Origin: Teseptimavirus T7
Length of the DNA stretch: 41,208 bases
Sequence record: PP384397
Reading direction: 5' to 3' (one strand)
The position numbers and the translations under genes were made by a program. Positions 7,746 to 20,134 of this stretch are shown piece after piece (the stretch's first letter is position 1; each line of letters opens with the position of its first letter). The notes beneath the pieces were generated by a model. That model was given only the letters and a program-made list of their open reading frames with translations. It had not been told where the DNA came from and did not search any database.

Positions 7746-8825
7746 ATGATGAACATTAAGACTAACCCGTTTAAAGCCGTGTCTTTCGTAGAGTCTGCCA
7801 TTAAGAAGGCTCTGGATAACGCTGGGTATCTTATCGCTGAAATCAAGTACGATGGTGTACGCGGGAACATCTGCGTAGACAATACTGCTAACAGTTACTG
7901 GCTCTCTCGTGTATCTAAAACGATTCCGGCACTGGAGCACTTAAACGGGTTTGATGTTCGCTGGAAGCGTCTACTGAACGATGACCGTTGCTTCTACAAA
8001 GATGGCTTTATGCTTGATGGGGAACTCATGGTCAAGGGCGTAGACTTTAACACAGGGTCCGGCCTACTGCGTACCAAATGGACTGACACGAAGAACCAAG
8101 AGTTCCATGAAGAGTTATTCGTTGAACCAATCCGTAAGAAAGATAAAGTTCCCTTTAAGCTGCACACTGGACACCTTCACATAAAACTGTACGCTATCCT
8201 CCCGCTGCACATCGTGGAGTCTGGAGAAGACTGTGATGTCATGACGTTGCTCATGCAGGAACACGTTAAGAACATGCTGCCTCTGCTACAGGAATACTTC
8301 CCTGAAATCGAATGGCAAGCGGCTGAATCTTACGAGGTCTACGATATGGTAGAACTACAGCAACTGTACGAGCAGAAGCGAGCAGAAGGCCATGAGGGTC
8401 TCATTGTGAAAGACCCGATGTGTATCTATAAGCGCGGTAAGAAATCTGGCTGGTGGAAAATGAAACCTGAGAACGAAGCTGACGGTATCATTCAGGGTCT
8501 GGTATGGGGTACAAAAGGTCTGGCTAATGAAGGTAAAGTGATTGGTTTTGAGGTGCTTCTTGAGAGTGGTCGTTTAGTTAACGCCACGAATATCTCTCGC
8601 GCCTTAATGGATGAGTTCACTGAGACAGTAAAAGAGGCCACCCTAAGTCAATGGGGATTCTTTAGCCCATACGGTATTGGCGACAACGATGCTTGTACTA
8701 TTAACCCTTACGATGGCTGGGCGTGTCAAATTAGCTACATGGAGGAAACACCTGATGGCTCTTTGCGGCACCCATCGTTCGTAATGTTCCGTGGCACCGA
8801 GGACAACCCTCAAGAGAAAATGTAA
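7746..8825 (+). CDS. 1.3: ATP-dependent DNA ligase (gene 1.3)
   Basis: ORF track 7746..8825, 359 aa; adenylation motif EIKYDGVRG. Confidence 0.95.
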   Translation: MMNIKTNPFKAVSFVESAIKKALDNAGYLIAEIKYDGVRGNICVDNTANSYWLSRVSKTIPALEHLNGFDVRWKRLLNDDRCFYKDGFMLDGELMVKGVDFNTGSGLLRTKWTDTKNQEFHEELFVEPIRKKDKVPFKLHTGHLHIKLYAILPLHIVESGEDCDVMTLLMQEHVKNMLPLLQEYFPEIEWQAAESYEVYDMVELQQLYEQKRAEGHEGLIVKDPMCIYKRGKKSGWWKMKPENEADGIIQGLVWGTKGLANEGKVIGFEVLLESGRLVNATNISRALMDEFTETVKEATLSQWGFFSPYGIGDNDACTINPYDGWACQISYMEETPDGSLRHPSFVMFRGTEDNPQEKM

Positions 8826-8830
8826 TCACA

Positions 8831-8863
8831 CTGGCTCACCTTCGGGTGGGCCTTTCTGCGTTT
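8831..8863 (+). terminator. Early (host RNAP) terminator TE
   Basis: ggctcaccttcgggtgggcc stem-loop followed by tttctgcgttt, directly after gene 1.3. Confidence 0.75.
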
Positions 8864-8878
8864 ATAAGGAGACACTTT

Positions 8879-9034
8879 ATGTTTAAGAAGGTTGGTAAAT
8901 TCCTTGCGGCTTTGGCAGCTATCCTGACGCTTGCGTATATTCTTGCGGTATACCCTCAAGTAGCACTAGTAGTAGTTGGCGCTTGTTACTTAGCGGCAGT
9001 GTGTGCTTGCGTGTGGAGTATAGTTAACTGGTAA
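8879..9034 (+). CDS. 1.4: gene 1.4 small hydrophobic protein (51 aa)
   Basis: Internal ATG at 8879 of ORF 8846..9034 (MFKKVGKFLAALAAILTLAYILAVY...). Confidence 0.7.
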   Translation: MFKKVGKFLAALAAILTLAYILAVYPQVALVVVGACYLAAVCACVWSIVNW

Positions 9035-9054
9035 TACGACTCACTAAAGGAGGT
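9032..9054 (+). promoter_or_regulatory. T7 RNAP promoter phi1.5
   Basis: taatacgactcactaaaggaggt. Confidence 0.85.
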
Positions 9055-9061
9055 ACACACC

Positions 9062-9151
9062 ATGATGTACTTAATGCCATTACTCATCGTCATTGTAGGA
9101 TGCCTTGCGCTCCACTGTAGCGATGATGATATGCCAGATGGTCACGCTTAA
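9062..9151 (+). CDS. 1.5: gene 1.5 small protein (29 aa)
   Basis: ATG 9062 to TAA 9149..9151 (MMYLMPLLIVIVGCLALHCSDDDMPDGHA); position matches T7 gene 1.5. Confidence 0.6.
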   Translation: MMYLMPLLIVIVGCLALHCSDDDMPDGHA

Positions 9152-9171
9152 TACGACTCACTAAAGGAGAC
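9149..9171 (+). promoter_or_regulatory. T7 RNAP promoter phi1.6
   Basis: taatacgactcactaaaggagac. Confidence 0.85.
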
Positions 9172-9176
9172 ACTAT

Positions 9177-9437
9177 ATGTTTCGACTTCATTACAACAAA
9201 AGCGTTAAGAATTTCACGGTTCGCCGTGCTGACCGTTCAATCGTATGTGCGAGCGAGCGCCGAGCTAAGATACCTCTTATTGGTAACACAGTTCCTTTGG
9301 CACCGAGCGTCCACATCATTATCACCCGTGGTGACTTTGAGAAAGCAATAGACAAGAAACGTCCGGTTCTTAGTGTGGCAGTGACCCGCTTCCCGTTCGT
9401 CCGTCTGTTACTCAAACGAATCAAGGAGGTGTTCTGA
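9177..9437 (+). CDS. 1.6: gene 1.6 protein
   Basis: ORF track 9177..9437, 86 aa. Confidence 0.85.
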
Positions 9438-10019
9438 TGGGACTGTTAGATGGTGAAGCCTGGGAAAAAGAAAACCCGCCAGTACAAGCAACTGGGTGTA
9501 TAGCTTGCTTAGAGAAAGATGACCGTTATCCACACACCTGTAACAAAGGAGCTAACGATATGACCGAACGTGAACAAGAGATGATCATTAAGTTGATAGA
9601 CAATAATGAAGGTCGCCCAGATGATTTGAATGGCTGCGGTATTCTCTGCTCCAATGTCCCTTGCCACCTCTGCCCCGCAAATAACGATCAAAAGATAACC
9701 TTAGGTGAAATCCGAGCGATGGACCCACGTAAACCACATCTGAATAAACCTGAGGTAACTCCTACAGATGACCAGCCTTCCGCTGAGACAATCGAAGGTG
9801 TCACTAAGCCTTCCCACTACATGCTGTTTGACGACATTGAGGCTATCGAAGTGATTGCTCGTTCAATGACCGTTGAGCAGTTCAAGGGATACTGCTTCGG
9901 TAACATCTTAAAGTACAGACTACGTGCTGGTAAGAAGTCAGAGTTAGCGTACTTAGAGAAAGACCTAGCGAAAGCAGACTTCTATAAAGAACTCTTTGAG
10001 AAACATAAGGATAAATGTT

Positions 10020-10027
<8 letters not shown>
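9437..10027 (+). CDS. 1.7: gene 1.7 protein (nucleotide kinase)
   Basis: ORF track 9437..10027, 196 aa; start overlaps the 1.6 stop. Confidence 0.85.
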
Positions 10028-10360
<333 letters not shown>

Positions 10361-10363
<3 letters not shown>

Positions 10364-10383
10364 TACGACTCACTATTAGGGAA
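10361..10383 (+). promoter_or_regulatory. T7 RNAP promoter phi2.5
   Basis: taatacgactcactattagggaa. Confidence 0.85.
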
Positions 10384-10428
10384 GACTCCCTCTGAGAAAC
10401 CAAACGAAACCTAAAGGAGATTAACATT

Positions 10429-11127
10429 ATGGCTAAGAAGATTTTCACCTCTGCGCTGGGTACCGCTGAACCTTACGCTTACATCGCCAAGCCGGACTAC
10501 GGCAACGAAGAGCGTGGCTTTGGGAACCCTCGTGGTGTCTATAAAGTTGACCTGACTATTCCCAACAAAGACCCGCGCTGCCAGCGTATGGTCGATGAAA
10601 TCGTGAAGTGTCACGAAGAGGCTTATGCTGCTGCCGTTGAGGAATACGAAGCTAATCCACCTGCTGTAGCTCGTGGTAAGAAACCGCTGAAACCGTATGA
10701 GGGTGACATGCCGTTCTTCGATAACGGTGACGGTACGACTACCTTTAAGTTCAAATGCTACGCGTCTTTCCAAGACAAGAAGACCAAAGAGACCAAGCAC
10801 ATCAATCTGGTTGTGGTTGACTCAAAAGGTAAGAAGATGGAAGACGTTCCGATTATCGGTGGTGGCTCTAAGCTGAAAGTTAAATATTCTCTGGTTCCAT
10901 ACAAGTGGAACACTGCTGTAGGTGCGAGCGTTAAGCTGCAACTGGAATCCGTGATGCTGGTCGAACTGGCTACCTTTGGTGGCGGTGAAGACGATTGGGC
11001 TGACGAAGTTGAAGAGAACGGCTATGTTGCCTCTGGTTCTGCCAAAGCGAGCAAACCACGCGACGAAGAAAGCTGGGACGAAGACGACGAAGAGTCCGAG
11101 GAAGCAGACGAAGACGGAGACTTCTAA
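10429..11127 (+). CDS. 2.5: Single-stranded DNA-binding protein (gene 2.5)
   Basis: ORF track 10429..11127, 232 aa, acidic C-terminal tail ending ...ADEDGDF. Confidence 0.95.
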   Translation: MAKKIFTSALGTAEPYAYIAKPDYGNEERGFGNPRGVYKVDLTIPNKDPRCQRMVDEIVKCHEEAYAAAVEEYEANPPAVARGKKPLKPYEGDMPFFDNGDGTTTFKFKCYASFQDKKTKETKHINLVVVDSKGKKMEDVPIIGGGSKLKVKYSLVPYKWNTAVGASVKLQLESVMLVELATFGGGEDDWADEVEENGYVASGSAKASKPRDEESWDEDDEESEEADEDGDF

Positions 11128-11547
11128 GTGGAACTGCGGGAGAAAATCCTTGAGCGAATCAAGGTGACTTCCTCTGGGTGTTGGGAGTGGCAGGGCGCTA
11201 CGAACAATAAAGGGTACGGGCAGGTGTGGTGCAGCAATACCGGAAAGGTTGTCTACTGTCATCGCGTAATGTCTAATGCTCCGAAAGGTTCTACCGTCCT
11301 GCACTCCTGTGATAATCCATTATGTTGTAACCCTGAACACCTATCCATAGGAACTCCAAAAGAGAACTCCACTGACATGGTAAATAAGGGTCGCTCACAC
11401 AAGGGGTATAAACTTTCAGACGAAGACGTAATGGCAATCATGGAGTCCAGCGAGTCCAATGTATCCTTAGCTCGCACCTATGGTGTCTCCCAACAGACTA
11501 TTTGTGATATACGCAAAGGGAGGCGACATGGCAGGTTACGGCGCTAA
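11128..11547 (+). CDS. 2.8: gene 2.8 protein, HNH-endonuclease-like
   Basis: ORF track 11128..11547 (GTG start), 139 aa; CxEW...KGYG...HR...H.CDNP.C.N..HL..GTPK.NS.DMV.KGR shared with gene 7.7. Confidence 0.8.
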   Translation: MELREKILERIKVTSSGCWEWQGATNNKGYGQVWCSNTGKVVYCHRVMSNAPKGSTVLHSCDNPLCCNPEHLSIGTPKENSTDMVNKGRSHKGYKLSDEDVMAIMESSESNVSLARTYGVSQQTICDIRKGRRHGRLRR

Positions 11548-11977
11548 AGGAATCCGAAAGGTTGGAGCGTTTCGCTCTGGCCTAGAGGACAAGGTTTCAA
11601 AGCAGTTGGAATCAAAAGGTATTAAATTCGAGTATGAAGAGTGGAAAGTGCCTTATGTAATTCCGGCGAGCAATCACACTTACACTCCAGACTTCTTACT
11701 TCCAAACGGTATATTCGTTGAGACAAAGGGTCTGTGGGAAAGCGATGATAGAAAGAAGCACTTATTAATTAGGGAGCAGCACCCCGAGCTAGACATCCGT
11801 ATTGTCTTCTCAAGCTCACGTACTAAGTTATACAAAGGTTCTCCAACGTCTTATGGAGAGTTCTGCGAAAAGCATGGTATTAAGTTCGCTGATAAACTGA
11901 TACCTGCTGAGTGGATAAAGGAACCCAAGAAGGAGGTCCCCTTTGATAGATTAAAAAGGAAAGGAGGAAAGAAATAA
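11528..11977 (+). CDS. 3: Endonuclease I, Holliday junction resolvase (gene 3)
   Basis: Internal ATG at 11528 of ORF 11480..11977 (MAGYGAKGIRKVGAFRSGLEDKVSKQLE...), 149 aa. Confidence 0.9.
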   Translation: MAGYGAKGIRKVGAFRSGLEDKVSKQLESKGIKFEYEEWKVPYVIPASNHTYTPDFLLPNGIFVETKGLWESDDRKKHLLIREQHPELDIRIVFSSSRTKLYKGSPTSYGEFCEKHGIKFADKLIPAEWIKEPKKEVPFDRLKRKGGKK

Positions 11978-12432
11978 TGGCTCGTGTACAGTTTAAACAA
12001 CGTGAATCTACTGACGCAATCTTTGTTCACTGCTCGGCTACCAAGCCAAGTCAGAATGTTGGTGTCCGTGAGATTCGCCAGTGGCACAAAGAGCAGGGTT
12101 GGCTCGATGTGGGATACCACTTTATCATCAAGCGAGACGGTACTGTGGAGGCAGGACGAGATGAGATGGCTGTAGGCTCTCACGCTAAGGGTTACAACCA
12201 CAACTCTATCGGCGTCTGCCTTGTTGGTGGTATCGACGATAAAGGTAAGTTCGACGCTAACTTTACGCCAGCCCAAATGCAATCCCTTCGCTCACTGCTT
12301 GTCACACTGCTGGCTAAGTACGAAGGCGCTGTGCTTCGCGCCCATCATGAGGTGGCGCCGAAGGCTTGCCCTTCGTTCGACCTTAAGCGTTGGTGGGAGA
12401 AGAACGAACTGGTCACTTCTGACCGTGGATAA
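11977..12432 (+). CDS. 3.5: T7 lysozyme, N-acetylmuramoyl-L-alanine amidase and RNAP inhibitor (gene 3.5)
   Basis: ORF track 11977..12432, 151 aa MARVQFKQRESTDAIFVHCSATKPSQNVGVREIRQWHKEQGWLDVGYHFIIKRDG. Confidence 0.95.
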   Translation: MARVQFKQRESTDAIFVHCSATKPSQNVGVREIRQWHKEQGWLDVGYHFIIKRDGTVEAGRDEMAVGSHAKGYNHNSIGVCLVGGIDDKGKFDANFTPAQMQSLRSLLVTLLAKYEGAVLRAHHEVAPKACPSFDLKRWWEKNELVTSDRG

Positions 12433-12433
12433 T

Positions 12434-12456
12434 TAATTGAACTCACTAAAGGGAGA
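12434..12456 (+). promoter_or_regulatory. T7 RNAP promoter phi3.8
   Basis: taattgaactcactaaagggaga. Confidence 0.8.
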
Positions 12457-12495
12457 CCACAGCGGTTTCCCTTTGTTCGCATTGGAGGTCAAATA

Positions 12496-14594
<2,099 letters not shown>

Positions 14595-14597
<3 letters not shown>

Positions 14598-14617
14598 TAC
14601 GACTCACTAAAGGAGAC
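14595..14617 (+). promoter_or_regulatory. T7 RNAP promoter phi4.3
   Basis: taatacgactcactaaaggagac. Confidence 0.85.
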
Positions 14618-14622
14618 ACACC

Positions 14623-14835
14623 ATGTTCAAACTGATTAAGAAGTTAGGCCAACTGCTGGTTCGTATGTACAACGTGGAAGCCAAGCGACTGAACGATGAG
14701 GCTCGTAAAGAGGCCACACAGTCACGCGCTCTGGCGATTCGCTCCAACGAACTGGCTGACAGTGCATCCACTAAAGTTACCGAGGCTGCCCGTGTGGCAA
14801 ACCAAGCTCAACAGCTTTCCAAATTCTTTGAGTAA
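14623..14835 (+). CDS. 4.3: gene 4.3 protein
   Basis: ORF track 14623..14835, 70 aa. Confidence 0.85.
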   Translation: MFKLIKKLGQLLVRMYNVEAKRLNDEARKEATQSRALAIRSNELADSASTKVTEAARVANQAQQLSKFFE

Positions 14836-14854
14836 TCAAACAGGAGAAACCATT

Positions 14855-15124
14855 ATGTCTAACGTAGCTGAAACTATCCGTCTATCCGATACAGCTGACC
14901 AGTGGAACCGTCGAGTCCACATCAACGTTCGCAACGGTAAGGCGACTATGGTTTACCGCTGGAAGGACTCTAAGTCCTCTAAGAATCACACTCAGCGTAT
15001 GACGTTGACAGATGAGCAAGCACTGCGTCTGGTCAATGCGCTTACCAAAGCTGCCGTGACAGCAATTCATGAAGCTGGTCGCGTCAATGAAGCTATGGCT
15101 ATCCTCGACAAGATTGATAACTAA
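14855..15124 (+). CDS. 4.5: gene 4.5 protein
   Basis: Internal ATG at 14855 of ORF 14696..15124 (MSNVAETIRLSDTADQWNRR...), preceded by aggag RBS. Confidence 0.85.
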   Translation: MSNVAETIRLSDTADQWNRRVHINVRNGKATMVYRWKDSKSSKNHTQRMTLTDEQALRLVNALTKAAVTAIHEAGRVNEAMAILDKIDN

Positions 15125-15132
15125 GAGTGGTA

Positions 15133-15168
15133 TCCTCAAGGTCGCCAAAGTGGTGGCCTTCATGAATA
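15133..15168 (+). promoter_or_regulatory. RNase III processing hairpin R4.7
   Basis: cctcaaggtcgccaaagtggtggccttcatgaatact hairpin motif. Confidence 0.55.
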
Positions 15169-15191
15169 CTATTCGACTCACTATAGGAGAT
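15169..15191 (+). promoter_or_regulatory. T7 RNAP promoter phi4.7
   Basis: ctattcgactcactataggagat. Confidence 0.8.
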
Positions 15192-15197
15192 ATTACC

Positions 15198-15605
15198 ATG
15201 CGTGACCCTAAAGTTATCCAAGCAGAAATCGCTAAACTGGAAGCTGAACTGGAGGACGTTAAGTACCATGAAGCTAAGACTCGCTCCGCTGTTCACATCT
15301 TGAAGAACTTAGGCTGGACTTGGACAAGACAGACTGGCTGGAAGAAACCAGAAGTTACCAAGCTGAGTCATAAGGTGTTCGATAAGGACACTATGACCCA
15401 CATCAAGGCTGGTGATTGGGTTAAGGTTGACATGGGAGTTGTTGGTGGATACGGCTACGTCCGCTCAGTTAGTGGCAAATATGCACAAGTGTCATACATC
15501 ACAGGTGTTACTCCACGCGGTGCAATCGTTGCCGATAAGACCAACATGATTCACACAGGTTTCTTGACAGTTGTTTCATATGAAGAGATTGTTAAGTCAC
15601 GATAA
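15198..15605 (+). CDS. 4.7: gene 4.7 protein
   Basis: Internal ATG at 15198 of ORF 15069..15605 (MRDPKVIQAEIAKLEAELEDVKYHEAK...). Confidence 0.85.
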   Translation: MRDPKVIQAEIAKLEAELEDVKYHEAKTRSAVHILKNLGWTWTRQTGWKKPEVTKLSHKVFDKDTMTHIKAGDWVKVDMGVVGGYGYVRSVSGKYAQVSYITGVTPRGAIVADKTNMIHTGFLTVVSYEEIVKSR

Positions 15606-15623
15606 TCAATAGGAGAAATCAAT

Positions 15624-17738
15624 ATGATCGTTTCTGACATCGAAGCTAACGCCCTCTTAGAGAGCGTCACTAAGTTCCACTGCGGGGTTATCTACGACTA
15701 CTCCACCGCTGAGTACGTAAGCTACCGTCCGAGTGACTTCGGTGCGTATCTGGATGCGCTGGAAGCCGAGGTTGCACGAGGCGGTCTTATTGTGTTCCAC
15801 AACGGTCACAAGTATGACGTTCCTGCATTGACCAAACTGGCAAAGTTGCAATTGAACCGAGAGTTCCACCTTCCTCGTGAGAACTGTATTGACACCCTTG
15901 TGTTGTCACGTTTGATTCATTCCAACCTCAAGGACACCGATATGGGTCTTCTGCGTTCCGGCAAGTTGCCCGGAAAACGCTTTGGGTCTCACGCTTTGGA
16001 GGCGTGGGGTTATCGCTTAGGCGAGATGAAGGGTGAATACAAAGACGACTTTAAGCGTATGCTTGAAGAGCAGGGTGAAGAATACGTTGACGGAATGGAG
16101 TGGTGGAACTTCAACGAAGAGATGATGGACTATAACGTTCAGGACGTTGTGGTAACTAAAGCTCTCCTTGAGAAGCTACTCTCTGACAAACATTACTTCC
16201 CTCCTGAGATTGACTTTACGGACGTAGGATACACTACGTTCTGGTCAGAATCCCTTGAGGCCGTTGACATTGAACATCGTGCTGCATGGCTGCTCGCTAA
16301 ACAAGAGCGCAACGGGTTCCCGTTTGACACAAAAGCAATCGAAGAGTTGTACGTAGAGTTAGCTGCTCGCCGCTCTGAGTTGCTCCGTAAATTGACCGAA
16401 ACGTTCGGCTCGTGGTATCAGCCTAAAGGTGGCACTGAGATGTTCTGCCATCCGCGAACAGGTAAGCCACTACCTAAATACCCTCGCATTAAGACACCTA
16501 AAGTTGGTGGTATCTTTAAGAAGCCTAAGAACAAGGCACAGCGAGAAGGCCGTGAGCCTTGCGAACTTGATACCCGCGAGTACGTTGCTGGTGCTCCTTA
16601 CACCCCAGTTGAACATGTTGTGTTTAACCCTTCGTCTCGTGACCACATTCAGAAGAAACTCCAAGAGGCTGGGTGGGTCCCGACCAAGTACACCGATAAG
16701 GGTGCTCCTGTGGTGGACGATGAGGTACTCGAAGGAGTACGTGTAGATGACCCTGAGAAGCAAGCCGCTATCGACCTCATTAAAGAGTACTTGATGATTC
16801 AGAAGCGAATCGGACAGTCTGCTGAGGGAGACAAAGCATGGCTTCGTTATGTTGCTGAGGATGGTAAGATTCATGGTTCTGTTAACCCTAATGGAGCAGT
16901 TACGGGTCGTGCGACCCATGCGTTCCCAAACCTTGCGCAAATTCCGGGTGTACGTTCTCCTTATGGAGAGCAGTGTCGCGCTGCTTTTGGCGCTGAGCAC
17001 CATTTGGATGGGATAACTGGTAAGCCTTGGGTTCAGGCTGGCATCGACGCATCCGGTCTTGAGCTACGCTGCTTGGCTCACTTCATGGCTCGCTTTGATA
17101 ACGGCGAGTACGCTCACGAGATTCTTAACGGCGACATCCACACTAAGAACCAGATAGCTGCTGAACTACCTACCCGAGATAACGCTAAGACGTTCATCTA
17201 TGGGTTCCTCTATGGTGCTGGTGATGAGAAGATTGGACAGATTGTTGGTGCTGGTAAAGAGCGCGGTAAGGAACTCAAGAAGAAATTCCTTGAGAACACC
17301 CCCGCGATTGCAGCACTCCGCGAGTCTATCCAACAGACACTTGTCGAGTCCTCTCAATGGGTAGCTGGTGAGCAACAAGTCAAGTGGAAACGCCGCTGGA
17401 TTAAAGGTCTGGATGGTCGTAAGGTACACGTTCGTAGTCCTCACGCTGCCTTGAATACCCTACTGCAATCTGCTGGTGCTCTCATCTGCAAACTGTGGAT
17501 TATCAAGACCGAAGAGATGCTCGTAGAGAAAGGCTTGAAGCATGGCTGGGATGGGGACTTTGCGTACATGGCATGGGTACATGATGAAATCCAAGTAGGC
17601 TGCCGTACCGAAGAGATTGCTCAGGTGGTCATTGAGACCGCACAAGAAGCGATGCGCTGGGTTGGAGACCACTGGAACTTCCGGTGTCTTCTGGATACCG
17701 AAGGTAAGATGGGTCCTAATTGGGCGATTTGCCACTGA
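15624..17738 (+). CDS. 5: DNA polymerase (gene 5), family A with 3'-5' exonuclease
   Basis: ORF track 15624..17738, 704 aa, begins [15 protein letters not shown]. Confidence 0.97.
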   Translation: MIVSDIEANALLESVTKFHCGVIYDYSTAEYVSYRPSDFGAYLDALEAEVARGGLIVFHNGHKYDVPALTKLAKLQLNREFHLPRENCIDTLVLSRLIHSNLKDTDMGLLRSGKLPGKRFGSHALEAWGYRLGEMKGEYKDDFKRMLEEQGEEYVDGMEWWNFNEEMMDYNVQDVVVTKALLEKLLSDKHYFPPEIDFTDVGYTTFWSESLEAVDIEHRAAWLLAKQERNGFPFDTKAIEELYVELAARRSELLRKLTETFGSWYQPKGGTEMFCHPRTGKPLPKYPRIKTPKVGGIFKKPKNKAQREGREPCELDTREYVAGAPYTPVEHVVFNPSSRDHIQKKLQEAGWVPTKYTDKGAPVVDDEVLEGVRVDDPEKQAAIDLIKEYLMIQKRIGQSAEGDKAWLRYVAEDGKIHGSVNPNGAVTGRATHAFPNLAQIPGVRSPYGEQCRAAFGAEHHLDGITGKPWVQAGIDASGLELRCLAHFMARFDNGEYAHEILNGDIHTKNQIAAELPTRDNAKTFIYGFLYGAGDEKIGQIVGAGKERGKELKKKFLENTPAIAALRESIQQTLVESSQWVAGEQQVKWKRRWIKGLDGRKVHVRSPHAALNTLLQSAGALICKLWIIKTEEMLVEKGLKHGWDGDFAYMAWVHDEIQVGCRTEEIAQVVIETAQEAMRWVGDHWNFRCLLDTEGKMGPNWAICH

Positions 17739-17753
17739 TACAGGAGGCTACTC

Positions 17754-18110
17754 ATGAACGAAAGACACTTAACAGGTGCTGCTTCTGAAATGCTAGTAGC
17801 CTACAAATTTACCAAAGCTGGGTACACTGTCTATTACCCTATGCTGACTCAGAGTAAAGAGGACTTGGTTGTATGTAAGGATGGTAAATTTAGTAAGGTT
17901 CAGGTTAAAACAGCCACAACGGTTCAAACCAACACAGGAGATGCCAAGCAGGTTAGGCTAGGTGGATGCGGTAGGTCCGAATATAAGGATGGAGACTTTG
18001 ACATTCTTGCGGTTGTGGTTGACGAAGATGTGCTTATTTTCACATGGGACGAAGTAAAAGGTAAGACATCCATGTGTGTCGGCAAGAGAAACAAAGGCAT
18101 AAAACTATAG
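17754..18110 (+). CDS. 5.3: gene 5.3 protein
   Basis: ORF track 17754..18110, 118 aa. Confidence 0.85.
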   Translation: MNERHLTGAASEMLVAYKFTKAGYTVYYPMLTQSKEDLVVCKDGKFSKVQVKTATTVQTNTGDAKQVRLGGCGRSEYKDGDFDILAVVVDEDVLIFTWDEVKGKTSMCVGKRNKGIKL

Positions 18111-18121
18111 GAGAAATTATT

Positions 18122-18421
18122 ATGGCTATGACAAAGAAATTTAAAGTGTCCTTCGACGTTACCGCAAAGATGTCGTCTGACGTTCAGGCAATCTTAGAGA
18201 AAGATATGCTGCATCTATGTAAGCAGGTCGGCTCAGGTGCGATTGTCCCCAATGGTAAACAGAAGGAAATGATTGTCCAGTTCCTGACACACGGTATGGA
18301 AGGATTGATGACATTCGTAGTACGTACATCATTTCGTGAGGCCATTAAGGACATGCACGAAGAGTATGCAGATAAGGACTCTTTCAAACAATCTCCTGCA
18401 ACAGTACGGGAGGTGTTCTGA
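18122..18421 (+). CDS. 5.5: gene 5.5 protein (H-NS binding)
   Basis: Internal ATG at 18122 of ORF 18074..18421 (MAMTKKFKVSFDVTAKMSSDVQAILEKDMLHLCKQ...). Confidence 0.85.
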   Translation: MAMTKKFKVSFDVTAKMSSDVQAILEKDMLHLCKQVGSGAIVPNGKQKEMIVQFLTHGMEGLMTFVVRTSFREAIKDMHEEYADKDSFKQSPATVREVF

Positions 18422-18630
18422 TGTCTGACTACCTGAAAGTGCTGCAAGCAATCAAAAGTTGCCCTAAGACTTTCCAGTCCAACTATGTACGGAACAATGC
18501 GAGCCTCGTAGCGGAGGCCGCTTCCCGTGGTCACATCTCGTGCCTGACTACTAGTGGACGTAACGGTGGCGCTTGGGAAATCACTGCTTCCGGTACTCGC
18601 TTTCTGAAACGAATGGGAGGATGTGTCTAA
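18421..18630 (+). CDS. 5.7: gene 5.7 protein
   Basis: ORF track 18421..18630, 69 aa. Confidence 0.85.
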   Translation: MSDYLKVLQAIKSCPKTFQSNYVRNNASLVAEAASRGHISCLTTSGRNGGAWEITASGTRFLKRMGGCV

Positions 18631-18788
18631 TGTCTCGTGACCTTGTGACTATTCCACGCGATGTGTGGAACGATATACAGGGCTACATCGACTCTCTGGA
18701 ACGTGAGAACGATAGCCTTAAGAATCAACTAATGGAAGCTGACGAATACGTAGCGGAACTAGAGGAGAAACTTAATGGCACTTCTTGA
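18630..18788 (+). CDS. 5.9: gene 5.9 protein, RecBCD inhibitor
   Basis: Internal ATG at 18630 of ORF 18573..18788 (MSRDLVTIPRDVWNDIQGYIDSLERENDSLKNQLMEADEYVAELEEKLNGTS). Confidence 0.8.
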   Translation: MSRDLVTIPRDVWNDIQGYIDSLERENDSLKNQLMEADEYVAELEEKLNGTS

Positions 18789-19677
18789 CCTTAAACAATT
18801 CTATGAGTTACGTGAAGGCTGCGACGACAAGGGTATCCTTGTGATGGACGGCGACTGGCTGGTCTTCCAAGCTATGAGTGCTGCTGAGTTTGATGCCTCT
18901 TGGGAGGAAGAGATTTGGCACCGATGCTGTGACCACGCTAAGGCCCGTCAGATTCTTGAGGATTCCATTAAGTCCTACGAGACCCGTAAGAAGGCTTGGG
19001 CAGGTGCTCCAATTGTCCTTGCGTTCACCGATAGTGTTAACTGGCGTAAAGAACTGGTTGACCCGAACTATAAGGCTAACCGTAAGGCCGTGAAGAAACC
19101 TGTAGGGTACTTTGAGTTCCTTGATGCTCTCTTTGAGCGCGAAGAGTTCTATTGCATCCGTGAGCCTATGCTTGAGGGTGATGACGTTATGGGAGTTATT
19201 GCTTCCAATCCGTCTGCCTTCGGTGCTCGTAAGGCTGTAATCATCTCTTGCGATAAGGACTTTAAGACCATCCCTAACTGTGACTTCCTGTGGTGTACCA
19301 CTGGTAACATCCTGACTCAGACCGAAGAGTCCGCTGACTGGTGGCACCTCTTCCAGACCATCAAGGGTGACATCACTGATGGTTACTCAGGGATTGCTGG
19401 ATGGGGTGATACCGCCGAGGACTTCTTGAATAACCCGTTCATAACCGAGCCTAAAACGTCTGTGCTTAAGTCCGGTAAGAACAAAGGCCAAGAGGTTACT
19501 AAATGGGTTAAACGCGACCCTGAGCCTCATGAGACGCTTTGGGACTGCATTAAGTCCATTGGCGCGAAGGCTGGTATGACCGAAGAGGATATTATCAAGC
19601 AGGGCCAAATGGCTCGAATCCTACGGTTCAACGAGTACAACTTTATTGACAAGGAGATTTACCTGTGGAGACCGTAG
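18775..19677 (+). CDS. 6: 5'-3' exonuclease (gene 6)
   Basis: ORF track 18775..19677, 300 aa. Confidence 0.95.
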   Translation: MALLDLKQFYELREGCDDKGILVMDGDWLVFQAMSAAEFDASWEEEIWHRCCDHAKARQILEDSIKSYETRKKAWAGAPIVLAFTDSVNWRKELVDPNYKANRKAVKKPVGYFEFLDALFEREEFYCIREPMLEGDDVMGVIASNPSAFGARKAVIISCDKDFKTIPNCDFLWCTTGNILTQTEESADWWHLFQTIKGDITDGYSGIAGWGDTAEDFLNNPFITEPKTSVLKSGKNKGQEVTKWVKRDPEPHETLWDCIKSIGAKAGMTEEDIIKQGQMARILRFNEYNFIDKEIYLWRP

Positions 19678-19778
19678 CGTATATTGGTCTGGGTCTTTGT
19701 GTTCTCGGAGTGTGCCTCATTTCGTGGGGCCTTTGGGACTTAGCCAGAATAATCAAGTCGTTACACGACACTAAGTGA
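19665..19778 (+). CDS. 6.3: gene 6.3 small protein (37 aa)
   Basis: GTG 19665 to TGA 19776..19778; position matches T7 gene 6.3; below ORF-track cutoff. Confidence 0.5.
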   Translation: METVAYIGLGLCVLGVCLISWGLWDLARIIKSLHDTK

Positions 19779-19798
19779 TAAACTCAAGGTCCCTAAAT

Positions 19799-19821
19799 TA
19801 ATACGACTCACTATAGGGAGA
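19799..19821 (+). promoter_or_regulatory. T7 RNAP class III promoter phi6.5
   Basis: taatacgactcactatagggaga (perfect consensus). Confidence 0.93.
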
Positions 19822-19875
19822 TAGGGGCCTTTACGATTATTACTTTAAGATTTAACTCTAAGAGGAATCTTTATT

Positions 19876-20130
19876 ATGTTAACACCTATTAACCAATTAC
19901 TTAAGAACCCTAACGATATTCCAGATGTACCTCGTGCAACCGCTGAGTATCTACAGGTTCGATTCAACTATGCGTACCTCGAAGCGTCTGGTCATATAGG
20001 ACTTATGCGTGCTAATGGTTGTAGTGAGGCCCACATCTTGGGTTTCATTCAGGGCCTACAGTATGCCTCTAACGTCATTGACGAGATTGAGTTACGCAAG
20101 GAACAACTAAGAGATGATGGGGAGGATTGA
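19876..20130 (+). CDS. 6.5: gene 6.5 protein
   Basis: ORF track 19876..20130, 84 aa. Confidence 0.85.
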
Positions 20131-20134
20131 CACT

